NCBI RefSeq assembly: GCF_006345805.1
Contig: NC_043013.1
Span: 19,592,001 to 19,656,000, forward strand
Length of the DNA: 64,000 bases
Source of the DNA: Octopus sinensis
Taxonomy: Eukaryota
Reading direction: 5' to 3'
The position numbers and the translations under genes were made by a program. Under the pieces are notes generated by a model, which made no database searches, was not told the origin of the DNA, and saw only the letters and a program-made list of their open reading frames with translations. This document shows, in pieces, positions 61,979-64,000 of the stretch (position 1 is its first letter; the number at the start of each line of letters is the position of its first letter).

Positions 61979-64000
61979 TTCGACAAAATATCAACACTTA
62001 TACGTCGTCTTCGACGTGAGGGTCAGTATTACACACATACACACACACAAACACACACATACTCACACACATATATATATGCAGAGTATTTTTTAACCAC
62101 CTGCCCTTAATACGTGCTTCTGATTGCTTTTCTCTCAGCTTATATACAATCATGCACACACACATACATACACACATTCATACATACATACATACATACA
62201 TACCTACATACATACATACATACATATATACATACATACATGCATACATACATACATACATACATGCATACATAGCTCAAAAATCGCAGCTTCTATTTCA
62301 ATCATCTTCCGAGTGTACGCTGATATTGCAGAGAATTAAAAAAATAACCAGGAAAAAAATTACTTATTTTAATCTGAAAAGAATCTGTAGAGATTCATAT
62401 GATTCTAAAGATTAATTATGGACCATAAACAGCGATAAACGAAAAATAAAATAAAGAGTTGTGCTTGAGTGAAGAATAGATAGGCTACTGTAAGCGTTTA
62501 GATGATAATCTCTAGTCATGGATCCCAAAAGCATTAACCATGGGCAAGTGTGGCACCATTAAAAAACAGGCACCATAAACATGCCTTTACTAAATGGCAA
62601 AAGATTTTGCAGGTACTAGAACGAATAAACAAAGGGATTATGAAAATCGATGTATCACTATTAGAAGAGTAATATTCCAGAGAGATCGTCACATCTCTCT
62701 CTCTCTCCCGCTCACTACGTAGCTGCCTGGTGTTATGTATTTTCATCCACAGCCATGATAAACCATGCTAAATCACTGTGAAACGCGATGGGTGGATGAT
62801 TAAGTTACCATATGAATATGGGTTACCTCAAGCTATACACCACGGTTCAAAAATAACTAGAAACACTGCTACAGACAATCTATGATATCACTACAGTAAT
62901 TTATGCGAAATTTGTTTTACGAGGTAAGTGAAGACTGGGTTGAGTAGAATAAGAAAACATTTGTGTCATGTTAGATAATAAAATATAAATAGGCGTTAAA
63001 AGAGTTAGAGCAAATACATTTATTAATAAAAATTTATATATCGTAAAATAGAAAACTATATGGCAACAGGCAGATATTGTCTATCAGTTTCGGAAATAAT
63101 TCATAATATTCTTAAATGGGTTTAATGTAAATAAATATGAATAAACAAGTAAATAAGTCAAATAAAGACAGAAATTATAATACCCAACACTATATCGAAC
63201 GTCAGAAGATATTTATTATGAATGCTTGGTGTTAACAGTTTTCAGTAACGAGAAAAATGTAATAAATATCCACTAGAAAATAGCAAAAATATCTAATAAA
63301 GAATAATAAATGGCTACGAAACATTAATACAATGACAACATCAACAACGAACTTTTTACCTTGCAAGAAGGCAACAAATACAAAAACAGTGGCGAACGTA
63401 ATGGATTGCTAGACTAGGAAGTGTTGAACAGAAATTATTTTAAAGAAAACCATAAAAATTGAACTACACGATGTTGGGAAAAAGAAACTCGCTATGGAGG
63501 AAAGCTGCTGAAATCTTTAGAGGAAAATCTCTCGTCAAGCATTTGCTTCGGCTTATTATTTCTTGACAGTCTGAGGGAGCGCGGCATCCCCAAGGCATTC
63601 TCTTGCAGCTTTTGATATGCCACATTTAATGGAATTTGAACTCCGAACTGTAGTGTATATCAATCGGTCACGAAGACCATTTCAAGACCTAGCCCTACTA
63701 TGGATCTTTTTCAAACCACGTTTCCCTCCTACTATGTTTAGTGGCTTGCAGTATTCCTTTTCAGCTCCAGATAACGTCTTTCTTTTCCTCTAGGTGCATT
63801 CATCTTTTATCATGTGTCTCTGACGCTTTTTACGTGTCTCTAACGCTTTTCCTCCAAGTTGACATAGTGCTTGGCATATGGGGTTGAAATTGCAAGAAAA
63901 TCCTTAGTTCGATCCACAGTTGATAAAACTATACATAGGGGTGGGTGAGAATCCGATGAAAAATACGGTAGCATTGGCTGAAATGTGCAATATTTAGAGC

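Noticed and set aside
201-62746. Most ORF-track entries (YI-, CV-, HT-, poly-F/L/N/S-rich)
   Set aside because: They are translations of TA, CA, CATA and trinucleotide microsatellites or of SINE bodies, with no protein features
63500-63900. Long minus-strand frame with scattered stops
   Set aside because: No recognisable domain; cannot be assigned without a search

Overview
AT-rich, microsatellite-dense eukaryotic non-coding DNA (intronic or intergenic). The SINE families and repeat landscape suggest a cephalopod such as Octopus (inference). No host protein-coding gene can be supported, and almost all of the ORF track is microsatellite read-through. The window is a mosaic of mobile elements: tRNA-headed SINEs (several with exact 12-15 bp TSDs), a 5'-truncated RTE/BovB-like LINE, R4/Dong-like RLE-LINE fragments, an L1/Tx1-like ORF1/ORF2 junction, three Penelope-like (GIY-YIG) relics, a complete but dead Tc1 (DD34E), a decayed hAT (Buster/Charlie-like) transposase, a mariner fragment, a non-autonomous Helitron and MITEs. 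The most notable signal is a set of type I hammerhead ribozyme (HHR) motifs in at least five distinct sequence contexts, nearly all with a self-complementary helix III. Two have fully intact cores (5899-5962 +; 43688-43766 -). They occur in (i) a tRNA-headed, microsatellite-containing short element that carries a Penelope-style inverted 5' copy, and (ii) fold-back elements found at (TA)n tracts whose two sister copies show compensatory stem changes. All calls were made by eye, with no database search or folding computation.
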